NCBI RefSeq assembly: GCF_036321535.1
Contig: NC_087436.1
Coordinates: 51,834,001-51,894,000, forward strand
Source of the DNA: Camelus dromedarius
Lineage: Eukaryota
DNA: 60,000 nt
Reading direction: 5' to 3'
Within the stretch, counting starts at the first letter, position 1. Each line of letters opens with the position of its first letter. Under the pieces are notes generated by a model. The model was given only the letters and a program-made list of their open reading frames with translations, searched no databases and had not been told where the DNA came from. Both the position numbers and the translations under genes were made by a program. Below are positions 26,201 to 38,514 of the stretch, piece by piece.

Positions 26201-27108
26201 TCATTTAATCTGCCAAACACTAGGCCTTTCTTAGTCTATTATATTAAACTTTTCCCACTCACCCCATACTTGCTACAGAACATATCAGAATTGCATTATG
26301 AGGTATAACAGAGGTTAAAAATAACCTCTTGACATCTGCTTTGATACAGTTAAGTTTTGTTTACAGATGTGACAGTCCCTCTCATAAGTAGTTGTGAACA
26401 ATTCTTTAATATTACTGTAGCTCCCTCCATCAGAAGTATCTGGATATAGTGCTAGCACGCACACAAAAAGAAAAGAAAACAAAAACAAAAACAAATCGCT
26501 ACAAAATCCAATCTCTCAAGCAGTGACAATATTCAGCATTTTTCCATTTAGCTTGTAAAAAAAAATGTAATTATCTTTAGAACACTGAGTCTCAGTTCTT
26601 ACAATGATAACACTAAGGGTAATGTCAGAACTTCAAACTGTTTACCAAAGTAATGACCAGTTTCCAGGTCCTGATGAATGAATGGCAAAGTAATAAATTC
26701 TTTTTCCAACTTGATTTTTCTAGAACTCACTTATGAATTTTGAAATGAGGAACACTGTTATTAACAAAGACAAATAATGTATGTATAATTCACAGTTAAT
26801 TATATTTTAAAAATTCATTTAGCAGTTATATCTAGGACCATTTTTTAATTTTAATTTTTAAATTTTCAATAATTCTGGCACTGTAGAGGTTTGTGAAGGC
26901 TCAGTTTTGGTTTCATGAAAATTATATCCAGATGCTCCGTGCCATTCCTCTTGCCCAGTTTTTTTCCTTTTTCCCACCTTCATGCTGATAATAATAACAT
27001 CACGTCTGACATATTCTTATTTATAGCACACTCACCTGGCCACTGTTACTGATATGAATCAAAAATGGTAAAAATACTAATCACATGCTGCAACTTCCCA
27101 ATTCTGAT
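23289..27108 (-). pseudogene. Degenerate HCN-like (HCN/KCNH family) channel pseudogene: S1-S6, C-linker, CNBD
   Basis: S1 27108-27036: WEVAAC..FY..FISVTVA, donor CAG|GTGAGT. S2 26984-26882: LDIIFM. S3 26670-26603: K|TWKLVITLVNSL. S4 from 26551: KMLNIV.LL.RL. S5 26439-26263. Pore helix ..FKA| ending 26026, then |MSYMCFL 25904-25882 (vs HCN FKAMSHMLCIG), joined in phase to G|Y + S6 exon 24332-24200. C-linker ~24000-23875: KLSAEHR vs KLPADMR; SILAE vs SILGE. CNBD 23813-23722: LSAQKVQPVLLVLVQG vs LRFEVFQPGDYIIREG; 23653-23570: VSVLNHWNKIT vs VSVLTKGNKET; 23442-23289: AET.CDL-x9-EILK.YP. Confidence 0.8.
24692..24870. mobile_element. MER5A element
   Basis: cagtgattctcaagc...gcctagactgtccatttctaacaatttgccaggtgatgctgatcttgctggtctggg. 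Confidence 0.7.
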
Positions 27109-30100
27109 CTGATGATAGCCATCACTAATCAACTGCAACATTTTTCTCTTTATATTTGTCACATGTCTCTCACAGCTCTTCTAAAGGGGGCGAGGTAACT
27201 AAGCAGTTCAAAGGTCATCCCTGACACTGGTTGTAGAAAGCGATTTTATGCATCATTTCCCTTCAACTGCAAGTGGACAGAAGGAAGTAACAATGTCCAC
27301 AAGAGTGGAAGGCAAAGTGAAAATGAGTTGAGAATCCTAAGAGCCTATCTGCCACAGGTTACCTGCTGATGGTTACTGACATAATGAGGATTGCAGGAAC
27401 CCTGGTTTCTGGTGTTACAGCAAGGAGCTGTGTACACAGCTCTCCTGGACTAAATAAATCCCAAGTATGCAGTTCTCCCTTAGAAAGGCTACATTGTCAT
27501 GAAGAACTAAACCCTAAAAAGCAGCCTTTCTCTGTTTAAAGGCGCAGCTTTATTCACCTCTTTCTATGAATATATCTAATAAAGGACATCCATTATATCT
27601 ACTTACATATATTTTCATCAGACCCACCTAAACTGGCTTCTCCAAATATAATGCATATATCTGAAATTAAAATTTAATCATACAATATGAGAAATAAGCA
27701 TACACAATTTAGAACTATAAAGTGTATTTGCTCTCTGCCTAAAGTTTTGAAATAATAAAAAAAAATCTGATCAATTGCTAAAATACATTTTTTTTTCCTG
27801 CCACAAGAAATAAGGCTGCAACAGAAAGAACACTGGCACATGGCAGCTGCTCTTACACAGAGTTCCCAATATTCCTGGCACAGGCGTTCCTGCAGGGCTG
27901 GGACAGTGGAGGAATCCAGTACCCTGGGGATTTGCAAGAACATTTTGGCTCATCTCCCTGATGTGGCTCTCTGTGCTTTGGTCATCCTTAGTATTTTTCC
28001 AAGAGCTACACTTACATTTGGTATAGCTCAAGAGGGTTACACACAGCTGTATAAAATATTTAGTATATCCTCAGATAATTTTTAATCAAAGTGTAACTGA
28101 TATTCTCTACTTTCCTTTTTTTCCTCCTCACCCACCTTCCAACTGTCACAATCTAGATCACAGTTGGCCGATGTTTGGCAGTCGCATTCTACTCCCTCCA
28201 TCTGGCCTCATCACAGCCATCACTAATGCATCCCAGAATACTTCCCATCAGCCTCAGAAGCCTCTCAACACAGGACTCTGAACAGCCTTTTCCAACCTAC
28301 TTCAGTTGAAAGAGATGAAACCAAGTTAACTGCCTGAACCAGTCCGAGGTCATGGGGCATAAAGGAGATGTTCCAAATTTGGCTGTGTAACAGAAGCACT
28401 TTGGCATAAAAGAAGAATACCTGGATCTAAGAACCTATTGAACTAGAATCTTCAGGAATGAGGGTCCCAGAATTTATATTTTAAACAATTTCATCAGGAT
28501 GATTATTGTGCAGCCAGTGTTCAGATTGGCATCTGAGAGACATGGGTAGAGAAGAAAAAATTAATCAATTGATTTAAGATCACTGAACCTCAATTTGCTA
28601 ATTTATAGAAACAGTATCACGGTACTTTCTTCAGTGGGTTCTTTGAAAGACAAAATGAACTCATGTGCTTGGATGCACTAAGTACTCCGCTCAGGACTGG
28701 CGCTCCCCACAGGTGGATTCTCTTTGTTCTCCTGCTCATTAGCAATTTGCCTTCAAGGGAGAGCATCAAAATGTGATTATCTTGTAAAGGCCTTCATCTA
28801 CTGTCAAGGAAACCAAAAAGCACCTTCTCTCAAAGACCTCTTCTCTGAATAGCTCCTGATATCTTTGAAGTTACCACTTTTCTTGAAGGTTATTTGACAT
28901 GATATGCTTTTTTCCTACAGTGTACACATGTACATATTAAACTAAGCCTTAAAGTCATGTTACCTTCTGTCACCTTGACACAGGAATGAAGAAGTGATAT
29001 GTATATCCAATATTGGTCAATCAAAACCATGAAATCTGGACGGTGTCTATGACAAGTGGATGCATGAAAATTAACCACACCTCTGAGATGATACTATTGC
29101 AGTTTCCCTCCAGTCAACATCTTCACCAAAAGGCGCAATTCACCTGAAAAGAAACAAAGGCATGACTGAATGGGAGATGCATGTGTGTTCACTGCGAAGT
29201 ATCTGTAGTATCCCTCAAATCTTGACAAATGTAATATTTTATGTTTATCTGTGTTTATCACTTGCCTAGAGATCCAGTCTTTTTTCTCAAAGATCTTGAA
29301 TACTTTGAAGAAGCTGTATACGTTGCAAAAGAGAAGACAGAATGTCAGGAAACTGCGGCAAAAAAAAGATGTACATAAAACACTACAATTGCTGATGTCA
29401 GGTTTATGTGCTCCGTGCTCATCCTTGTGGCCTGGGGAGTGGAGGCTGCAGGTGGATGAGGAGTAGGTGTGACTGCAGGCATCATCAGGACTACATGAAC
29501 TGATGGAGGGGTGGTTCCCCCCAGAAACAGCAGCTGGGCAGCCCAAAACAACAGATGACAGATACTCTTAAATTATCAAACTTCACTATTAGGTCCAGAT
29601 TATTTTCTGATCACATGATATCAAGATTTGCCTGGCTAAAATGAGTATTAATTACAATGAGATACAAGCTTAGGCATCTATTGTTCATTCTTTATGTCAC
29701 ATGTTTCATGAAGAAAGGCTCAATCTAGAAGTCTAATCAAAGCCAGTGAGGAAAGAATCTCTCAAAAGTAAATGGAAGCCGGCAGGCAAAATTAATGGGG
29801 GATAATCCAGTTGCTGAAAGATTCCATCTGCTTATCTTAAAACAATGAAATTCAGTTCAATAAAAAGTCATGTAAATTCTCCTTGAAATTATATCCACCA
29901 TGCTCAACATTATTAGTGACTAAGGAAATGCAAATCAAAACTCAGTCATACCCCCTCACATCTAGTAGGATGGCTAAAATTTTAAAAGACTATAAAAAGT
30001 ATTGGTGACTTCTGGTTTCCAGTCCATTAAGTTAAGAGCTGAGAAATCACCACTCTGTCCTAATAACAAGTTAAAAAAATGAATAAACTGAAAAATCCAA

Positions 30101-30325
30101 AACTCTTCTTAAATTCTTCAGAGAAGTGAGGTCACAGGGCAAAACCACTGCATCCCAAATTGAAGAGACAGACAGGTAGATACAAGAATCATAATTTAAT
30201 AGTCTAGAAACCCAACAGTGGAAACCTCCTTGGGAACCAGTGTCAAGTAGGAAAACCTGAACTGTAATTAAATTGCTGGAGGCTCAGTGTGGACAAGTCT
30301 GAGAATTAAAAAATGCAGTGGACCC

Positions 30326-30906
30326 CAATGTTCACAGCAGCACTATTTACAATGGCCAAGACATGGAAACAACCCAAATGTCAATCAACAGATGAATGGA
30401 TAAAGAAGTTGTGGTATATATATACAACAGAATACTACTCAGCCATAAAAAAGAATAAAATAATGCCATTTGCTGCAACATGGATGGACCTGGAGATTGT
30501 CATTCTAAGTGAAGTAAGTCAGAAACGGAAACAAAAAATACCTTATGATATTACTTATATGTGGAATCTAAAAAAAAAAAAAAAAGACAAATGCTTTTAT
30601 TTACAAAAGAGAAACAAACTCATAGACATGGAAAACAAACTTATGGTTACCAGGGAGGGAAGGGGGTGGGGAGGGATAAGTTGGGAGCCTGAGATTTTCA
30701 GATAGTAACTAATATATATAAAATAGATTTTAAAAAAATGTTTATACTGTATAGCACAGGGAACTATATTCAGTATTATTTAGTAACCTATAATGAAAAA
30801 GAACATGAAAAGGAATATATGTATGTTCATGTATGACTGAAACATTATGAGGTACACTGGAAATTCATACAATATTGTAAACTGACTATACTTCAATAAA
30901 AAAAGG
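30326..30906 (+). mobile_element. Young 5'-truncated camelid L1 with target-site duplication
   Basis: ORF2 C-terminus (PMFTAALFTMAKTWKQPKC..) plus 3'UTR and poly(A), flanked by aaaaaatgcagtggaccc (30308-30325) and aaaaaatgcaggggaccc (~30908-30925). Confidence 0.85.
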
Positions 30907-31278
30907 AAAAAAATGCAGGGGACCCATAGTGAACCAAAGTGAACATATCTAATGTAAACAATAGACTTCAGGTGATAATGATGTGTCAATGTGGTTGCAT
31001 CAGTTGTAATAAATGTGCCACTCCAGGGGGTAATACTGATAATAAGGAAAGCCATGGATGTGTGGGGAGGGGGTCATATACTTTTTTCTCAATTTTGCTG
31101 TGAACCTAAAACTTCTCTAAAAAAACTGTTTCAAAAAAACTGTTTTAATCTCCAGGAGGACCCTCATAGTCATAGTAGGCCCCCCACACTTCTGTGGGTT
31201 CTATCTTAAGAAAACCTATCAGGTCCTCATCGTGAAAATTCCCTCCGGATTCTTGTACGGGAAGGGGAAAGTATCATT

Positions 31279-31401
31279 TGGGGGGGGGGTAATTAGGTTT
31301 ATTTATTTATCTATTTTTTAGAGGAGGTACTGGGGATTGAACCCAGGACTTCGTGCATGCTAAGCATGCACTCTACCACTTGAGCTATACCTTCTCCCTC
31401 C
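31279..31401 (-). mobile_element. Camelid tRNA-derived SINE (vic-1 type)
   Basis: tttagaggaggtactggggattgaacccaggacttcgtgcatgctaagcatgcactctaccacttgagctatac. Confidence 0.85.
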
Positions 31402-32303
31402 TTTTTTTTAAAGTATAATTTTGATACATGCCAAAGCAATCTGTTCTTCTTGACAAGGTCTGCCCTCAGATAAAATTATTATCTCATATAACCTGCTGGG
31501 TTATATGAGAATATAACCTACTTGGGGGAAGGAAAGTATTTAAGTCCAGTTGGCTCTATGTGGGAGAAAGGAAATCTCAACTACAGTTCCCTCTATCCTT
31601 CCACATGGGGAAACTTAATACCAAACTCCAGGCCCCTGTAACCTTTATATTCCAAAAATTGGGGTGGGTGCAGGGAGAAAACTGAGAAGTAATTGTAAAG
31701 TTCAGAGTCCTGGGGCAAAAGGCTGAGATCTAATCATAAGACTACAGAAATTTCCCCTCCTCCAACACCTCACTACCATATTACTAAAGGTCTCTTTATC
31801 ACAGTTCTTTACCCAGGATATCATGTCCAGGTATCAATAAACTTTTATGACGCATAAGAAAATGTCAAAAAAAAATCACGTTTTGAAAAGACAAAATGAA
31901 CATCAGAATCAGTCATATATGGCAAGAATGTTGGACTTATCAAACCAGAACTTTAAAATAACTATGATTAGTGTGCTAACAACTCTAACAGAAAAAAAAA
32001 AAAAAAAACAGACAAAAAGCAAGAAAAAGGGGATAATGTATTTGGGAGAGAAATTCTAAAAAAGAATCCAAAAAAAAAAAGGTTAAACATTAAAAAAAAC
32101 ACTGTAGCAATTATGAAGATACCTTTGAAGGGCTCATTAGTAGACTTAATATGGCTGAGGAAAGATTATCTAAGCTTGAGAATATGTCAATAGAAACTTC
32201 CAAAACTGAAAATCAAAGAGGAAAAAAGACTGTAAAAAGGGAACAGAATATACAGGGACTGAGGGATAACTACAAAAAATGTAAAGTATGTGTAATGGGT
32301 ATG

Positions 32304-32399
32304 GAAAGAAAGAGAGAAAGAAAGAAAGGAAAAGGAGGGAAGGAAGGAAGGAAGGGAGAAAGAAAGAAAGAAGGAAAGAAGGAAAGAAGAAAGAAAGGT

Positions 32400-32461
<62 letters not shown>

Positions 32462-32503
32462 GAAGGAAGGAAGGAAGGAAGGAAGGAAGGAAGAAAGAGA
32501 AAA
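32304..32503. repeat. (GAAA)n/(GGAA)n microsatellite inside L1 ORF1
   Basis: Direct inspection. Confidence 0.95.
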
Positions 32504-35500
32504 AATATTTGAAGCAATAATGACTGAGAATTTTCTCCAAATTAATTCAAACATCAAACCACAGATCCTGGAAGCTCAAAGAACACCAAACAGGATAACA
32601 TCTGAGTATATCATATTCAAAATTTGGATAATCAAAGATAAAAAACTAATCTTGAAAGAAACTAGGGGGGAAAATCCTTATTTATAGAGGAGCAAAGATA
32701 AGAATTATGTCTGACTTTTTCTCAGAAACCATGCAAGTAAGATGAGAATGTAGTGAAATATTTAAAGTAACGAGAGGAAAAAAACCTCACTTAGAGTTCT
32801 ATACTCTGTGAAATTATCCTATGAAAGTGAAAGAGAAATTAACACTTTTTCCTACAAACAAAATCCTGAGATTTTGATGCCAGTATACCTACCTTGCAAC
32901 AAATAATAAAAAGAGGTTCTTCAGAGAGAAGGATGATAATATAGGCCAGAAATTCAGATCTACATAAAGAAAGAATCCTGGATCTGGATTTATCAGAGAA
33001 TCAGGAAGTGAAATAACAATTTTAGATTTCTCATTCTTAATTAATCACAGTTGTTCAAAATTAATTGCAACAATGCATTTGACCATGTGTACATACATGC
33101 ACACATATGATTTTACATAAATGAAAGGAATGACAGCAGTGATACCGGGATGGAAGGAAGGATTTGGGAATATGTTGTTACTATAAGGTACTTATACTAC
33201 CTGAGAAGAGGTATAATGTTATTTGAAAGCAGACTTGGATTAGTTGTAAATGTTTACTGCAAACTCTAGAGTAACCAATATAAATACAAAAAAAAAAAAC
33301 CCACCATATTTGATACACTAAAAAAGGAAATAAAATGGAATTATAAAATCTTCAGTTAAAACCACAAAGACACATAAAGTATGGAAGACAAAAATAGAAA
33401 CAAAACAAGGGCAACAAATAGAAATCTGTAACAAATATGGTAGATAGTAATCCAAATATATCAATAATCACTTCAAAAGTAAATGATCCAAATAAATTAA
33501 TCAAAAGATCTCTATCATAGGGTGGATCAAAAAGCAAGACCCAAATACAGGTTGTCTACAACAATCCATTTTAAATATAAAGACATCTATGACCACAAAT
33601 TTCATAAACTAGAAGAAATGGGCCAATCCTTGAAAGATATCATCTGCCAAAACTCACACAATAAGAACTAGACAATGTGACCAGGCCCGTGTCTATTAAA
33701 AAAATGAAATTAATAGTCATTTATCTTCCAAAATATAAAGCATCAGGCTCAGATGGGTTTGCTGGTGAATTCTACCAAACATTAAAGGAAGAAATTATTC
33801 CAATTTTATACCAGTATCTTCTCCAGAAGTTATAAACAGAGAAAATATTCCCTAATTCACTCTTTCAACAAGAAATCAACTTTAAATGTAAATACATAGA
33901 TTAAAAGTAAAGAAATGGAGAAAGATATGCCCTTCTATCACTAATCAAAAGAAAGTGAAAGTAGCTATATTAATTTCAAATAGAGCAGACTTCAGATTAA
34001 GCAAAATTATCAGGGAGGGATATTACCTAATTATAAAGGGGACAATACTCCAAGACAACAATCCTCAGTGTGTATACACCGAAAAACAGAATGTCAAGAT
34101 ACTTGAATCAAAACTGATAGAACTGCAAGGAGAAATAAATGAATCCACTGTTATAGTTGAAGATGTCAATTCTATTAGAAAATGACATATACAGGAGGCA
34201 GAAAAACAGTAAGTACATAGTTGAACTCAACAGCACTATCATTTACCTAGCTATAACTGACATCTGTAGACTACTTCATCCAACAACAAAAAAATATACT
34301 TTGACCTCAAGCTCACATAGAACATTCACCAACATAGACTATATTCCAGGTCATAAAATACATCTTAGCAAATTTAAATGAATAGAAATCATACAATGTC
34401 TGCTCTCAGACCACAGGGGAATTAAAATAGAAGTAAACAGAAGTCAATAACAGAAAGATAGTTTGAAATTTTCAAAATATGTGGAGATTAAACAATACAC
34501 ATGTACATAACATATGGGCTAAAGAATAAATTTCACATGAATTTTAAAATATTTTGAACTAAGTGAAAATGAGAACATAATTTATCAAAATTTGTAGGGT
34601 ACAGCGAGTGAAAGCAGTGCTTGGAGAAAAATTTATAGCACTGAATGTACACGTTAGAGAAGAAAGAAAATCAAAAATCAGTAATTTAAACTTCCACATT
34701 AGAGCACTAAGAAAAAAAGAACAAATTTAGCCCAAAGTAAGCAGAAGACAAGAAATAATAAAAATCAGAGCAGAAATCAATGAAACTGAAATAGGAAAAG
34801 AATAGAGATAACTAACAAAACCAAAAACTAGTTTTTTGAAAAGATCAATAAAACTGGTAAGACTTTAGTCAAGCTAATTAAGAAAAAAGAGAGGGAAGAC
34901 ACAAATTACTAGTGTCAGAAATACAGCTAGATAACTCAGATCTTTAGATGAGGAAGCTTCTGTCATGTTTAGTATCAGAAATGAAAGTGGGGAAATCACT
35001 ACAGCCTTAGTGGGCATGAAAGGGATAATAAAAGACTACTACGAACAACTCCATGCTTCAAAATTTGATAACCCAAAAGAAATGGACCAACCCTTGAATG
35101 ACAGAGTTTGCCAAAACTCACTCAAGAAGAAATAGACAGTCTGAACATCCTATGTCTATTTAAAAAAATAGAATCAATAATAACCTTCCAAACTAAAAAT
35201 ATCAGGCCAAGATGGGTTCACTGGTTAATTCTACCAAACATTTAAAGATGAAATTATGCCAATTTTCTATAATATCTTTAGAGGATAGAAGCAGAGAAAA
35301 TACTTCCTAACTCATGCCATGAGGCCAGAGTTGCCTGAATTCCATAAAAAGACAAAAACACTACAAGAAAATTTTGGAGAAGTATCTGCAACTGGTGGTT
35401 TTGTAATGGAAAAGTGAGTAGAATCTGTCAAAATTGTACTATTAAACTAAATAAGCTATCTTATAACCTAATGGAATATTACCAAATTGGGGATCAGTGA

Positions 35501-36021
35501 AGAGGAGCATTACTGAAACATGTGAAGTACTCTGAATGCCTTCTTACTCCTACTAGAAGAAGAGGATTTTAAAAAAGAAGAAAAAGAAAGGGAAAAAAAG
35601 GCTTCAAACCACCATAGTGAGTAATCTGTACATACAAGATTAGGAGCAGTAGTAGTTGGTCAAGTAATCAAAAAAAAAAAAACAAACAAACAAACAAACA
35701 AAAAAACAAAATAAAAAGAAGAAGAAGTTAAAACAAGTAGTACCATAAAATATATATCTGAAATATTAAGAACTGTCAAGGCTCTGAGATTTTCCAATCG
35801 CCTTGCAAGCTAACATGTTTGCCTGCCAGTTTCATCTATCACAAAACACCTAAGAATTATGGGCAAAATATATTGAAAAAAAATTTAAGTGCATTTCTAA
35901 CGCTGCTGGAAATTGAGGGACATCCTAGAAGAAAAAATGAAGAAAAAAATATGAATCCAACCTTGAGGCTAGTGACAGTCTAGAGATACTTTACAACCTC
36001 TGGTGGCATCCATCTTGTACA

Positions 36022-38420
36022 GCTGCTGGGTGAGAAGTATTATGTAAATATGAGACTCAGGAACAATTCAAAAGCCCCATTTTCTCAACTGGAGTATGAC
36101 AGCAGGTTATTGTAGGAGTAATAGCCATAGTTGTTCAGTGGAGTCTTGGGAACCAGGAATGAGCCTTAGCCTGCAGGTAGGCACTAGGGTTGAAGGCCTG
36201 TAACAAACTAAACCTGGTGACTTAACAACCTGACACTTTAATTCTCCTATTTTCAACGATTTCTTAAAGGCATGGGTCATTTGATCCTATCTTAAGTGTA
36301 CCAAATTGCATGTGTTCTTGACCTTCTAGAATGGTGTTATTACTCTAACTAGTACCTTATTTATTTGTAAATTGCAAGTCATCTATATCAGATCTGAATA
36401 GAACAATTTATATTTATAATTAAAAGATCATTTCTAGGGGACAAAGTATACTCCTTTCTCCCCTCCATATTCTGAGAACTTCAAACCATATTTATGAATT
36501 ATCAAAGGAAGACACAGTAAAGGGCTTCACTTTGTACCTCTTCTTAGAATGAGAGGAAGTTTGTACATTTATCTCCAGGGGTAAACCGAAAATTTTTTTA
36601 ATGGGGAGTTGCTAGAATGTCAACACTATAGGAATGGTTTTGTGTGTGTGTGTGCACCTTGGGGTTTTTGTTTGTTTTGTTTTGTTTGTTTGTTTGTTTT
36701 GTTTTGTTTTTTTTTTTTTTGCTTTTTTGTCAATGGATTTCATTGTTGTTATGCACTTGGAGACTCTCTTGAATACTTTCATTCTCATCAGCCTCCCTTC
36801 AGAAAGAAAAATAGACTAGAGTTTCTTGGTTTTGAGCTTTGTGGGCTCTTCTCTGCTTACACTGTAGCATGAGTGATAGGAGATAGAACTCAATCTGCTT
36901 CACACAGCCAGGTAGCTCTGAAAGTCTCACAATTCCTCTCTGCCAAATCTGTGGGAACTTTGCACATCAGCTGGATAAATGTGGATCTACCAGAGTAGTC
37001 TTTCATCACTACTCCACCTTCATAAAATCTTTGAGGTACAAAATATTCATTTAGGAAGATCCATAGCATTTGCCATCTTCAGTTACATTAGATACCAACT
37101 GATAATAAGATGCTCTGGGGATGTTAATTAAACACTGTTACTTAATTTAATGGCACAGACTATTTCACTATGATGCGAGGAAAATCAATGCAAATGTCTA
37201 GGCCTCAGTAAGGAAAGTACTTACTTTGTGGCCAGAAGGCTATAATACTTTGTGGCGAGGCAGGTTACAATGTGCTAAAGAGGAATACTTATATAATGCA
37301 GGATGTAACTTTTGAGAGGGCCATTTATTTATTTTATTGCTATATGATCCATGCAAGTTAAATATTACTGGCTGTTTGAACCACTGGGGAAGACAACAGT
37401 TCTACTTGGGTAAAAGATTTACGTATATTGTTTTTTCACACTGCTTTCATTGAGGTCTGTAAGGAAATTCTTCCCAATAATGCAGCAAATAGGCACAACA
37501 TTTAAAGAAAATGTTCTTTAAACATTAAATACTGAAAATCATTTTTAAAGACCTGTTTTGGAGAGAACTTAGTAAAGCCTGAAAAATTCCAACAAATTTA
37601 TTTTTTAGGGATTTATTTCTATTTCATTTTATTGAGATTTTTAACATGTAATGTGCTGAAAATATCTGAAAATTTACACAAATCAAATTGCCAATAATCA
37701 TCAATATATTATGTGGGTGTGGGTGTGACAGAAAAAGAAAAAAAAGAGAGAGAGATGAAAGCTATGTGTATGTGTAATAAGGTATTTTAAATTAGCTTGT
37801 CCATTTTAGACTATAAGTGTTTTCTAAATGAAACAGTAAGTTGAGATCAATGAATAAAAAAAAAACCCTGTTTTATTTTGTGGTAAAAAAAAATCTTTGA
37901 TCTCAGAAATGAACTAAAATTATTCCAATACTAAATAAATAATCATAGGGACATATTAAATTATCAATACAAAATTTTAGAAAAAACTCTCTTTCTCTGC
38001 CTTTTACCTCAAAACACTAGTCTCATATTCTCAGCAACGACTGCAGAAATGATTTTACCAATTCTTGCCTGCAGGAGACTGATATATTGATGACTTTGCT
38101 TGAAAGAAATGAAAAGAATAAAAAAGAAAACTCAAAGATAGGCTCCCCAAAGGAACTATCTATTTTCTGCAGCAGCTGACCACGTCAAAAGACAGACTGG
38201 ACAGGAACTCTGACCCATAAGTGAGCTCAGAAAAGCCAAAGGAAAGTGAACTAATGCTAACTTGCTATTTCATTAAATCATTACTGCCTTTATATTTTTG
38301 ACAGTAACTCTAATAACAATAGCTCTGCATTAATTATATATCCTTTGGTATTAATCATAAAATAAAGAGAATTTCCATTTCTTTTTATGAAAATATTTGA
38401 CATAAGGATTCCTTATCTCT
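36022..38420 (+). pseudogene. CNGK-like repeat II
   Basis: S2 ~36300: IACVLDLL. Linker 36579-36635: T....NGELLECQHY. S3-S4 36722-36870: MDFIVVMHLE; FRKKNRL. S5 37045: IHLGRSIAFAI vs IHWNACIYFAI. Pore 37215-37290: KY-x14-GYNV..NT, same KY-to-G spacing as ERG KY-x14-GFGNV. S6 end NITGCL. C-linker IFKDL. CNBD: FLPAGD*YI (~38060), TIYFLQQ (~38155), LYIL..KENF..L*KY (~38333-38400). Confidence 0.75.
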
Positions 38421-38513
38421 GGTTAACATGTCCCTTTTCTTAAAGAGCCTTTTCTCAATCACCTCATTTTCTTCTCTCCCACCTAACTTTTAATTATCCT
38501 GAATGTGGCAGAC

Positions 38514-38514
<1 letters not shown>

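Larger units (their letters stand above)
29890..35370 (+). mobile_element. Nested L1 insertion complex (5'UTR, ORF1 and ORF2 remnants)
   Basis: ORF1-like 32151-32687 (AEERLSKLEN..IFEAIMTENF..EAQRTP) and endonuclease/RT-like fragments at 33400-35370. Confidence 0.85.
27395..35616 (+). pseudogene. CNGK-like repeat I
   Basis: S1 ~27400: WFLVLQQGAVYTA vs WDWLILLLVIYTA. S2 ~27595: LYLLTYIFIRPT*TGF. S3 ~27700: TQF..CSLP. S4-S5 ~27808-28010: YPG-FARTFWLISLMWLSVLWSSLVFF vs [26 protein letters not shown]. Pore 28157-28290: FYSLH..ITAIT. S6 28713-28783: GFSLFS.LISNLPS. C-linker 29270-29560: FFSKILNTLKK..LRQK..LW..VDEE*V. CNBD: 29602+ (V.LFSD), 35373-35413 (FGEVS), 35498-35616 (*RGALLKHVKYSECL.LLEEEDF vs [22 protein letters not shown]). 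Confidence 0.8.

Noticed and set aside
26603..26670. DLETGHYFGK as an additional CNBD FGE motif
   Set aside because: The alternative frame gives S3 in the correct position and splice phase for the HCN-like gene.
29270..29378. Terminal exon reading DPVFFLKDLEYFEEAVYVAKEKTECQETAAKKRCT*
   Set aside because: The other frame matches a CNG C-linker positioned between S6 and the CNBD.
27176..29401. CatSper2-like or iGluR M2-M3-like reading of the plus-strand hydrophobic segments
   Set aside because: The CNG alignment (S2 ..IR..TGF, S5 YP...R..W..VF, S6, C-linker, CNBD) is tighter and continues colinearly into a CNBD, which those families lack.
30313..30705. 130-aa ORF
   Set aside because: L1 ORF2 C-terminus within a TSD-flanked truncated L1.
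32151..32687. 178-aa ORF and overlapping F/L/S-rich antisense ORFs as host genes
   Set aside because: L1 ORF1 remnant plus a stop-free (GAAA)n microsatellite.
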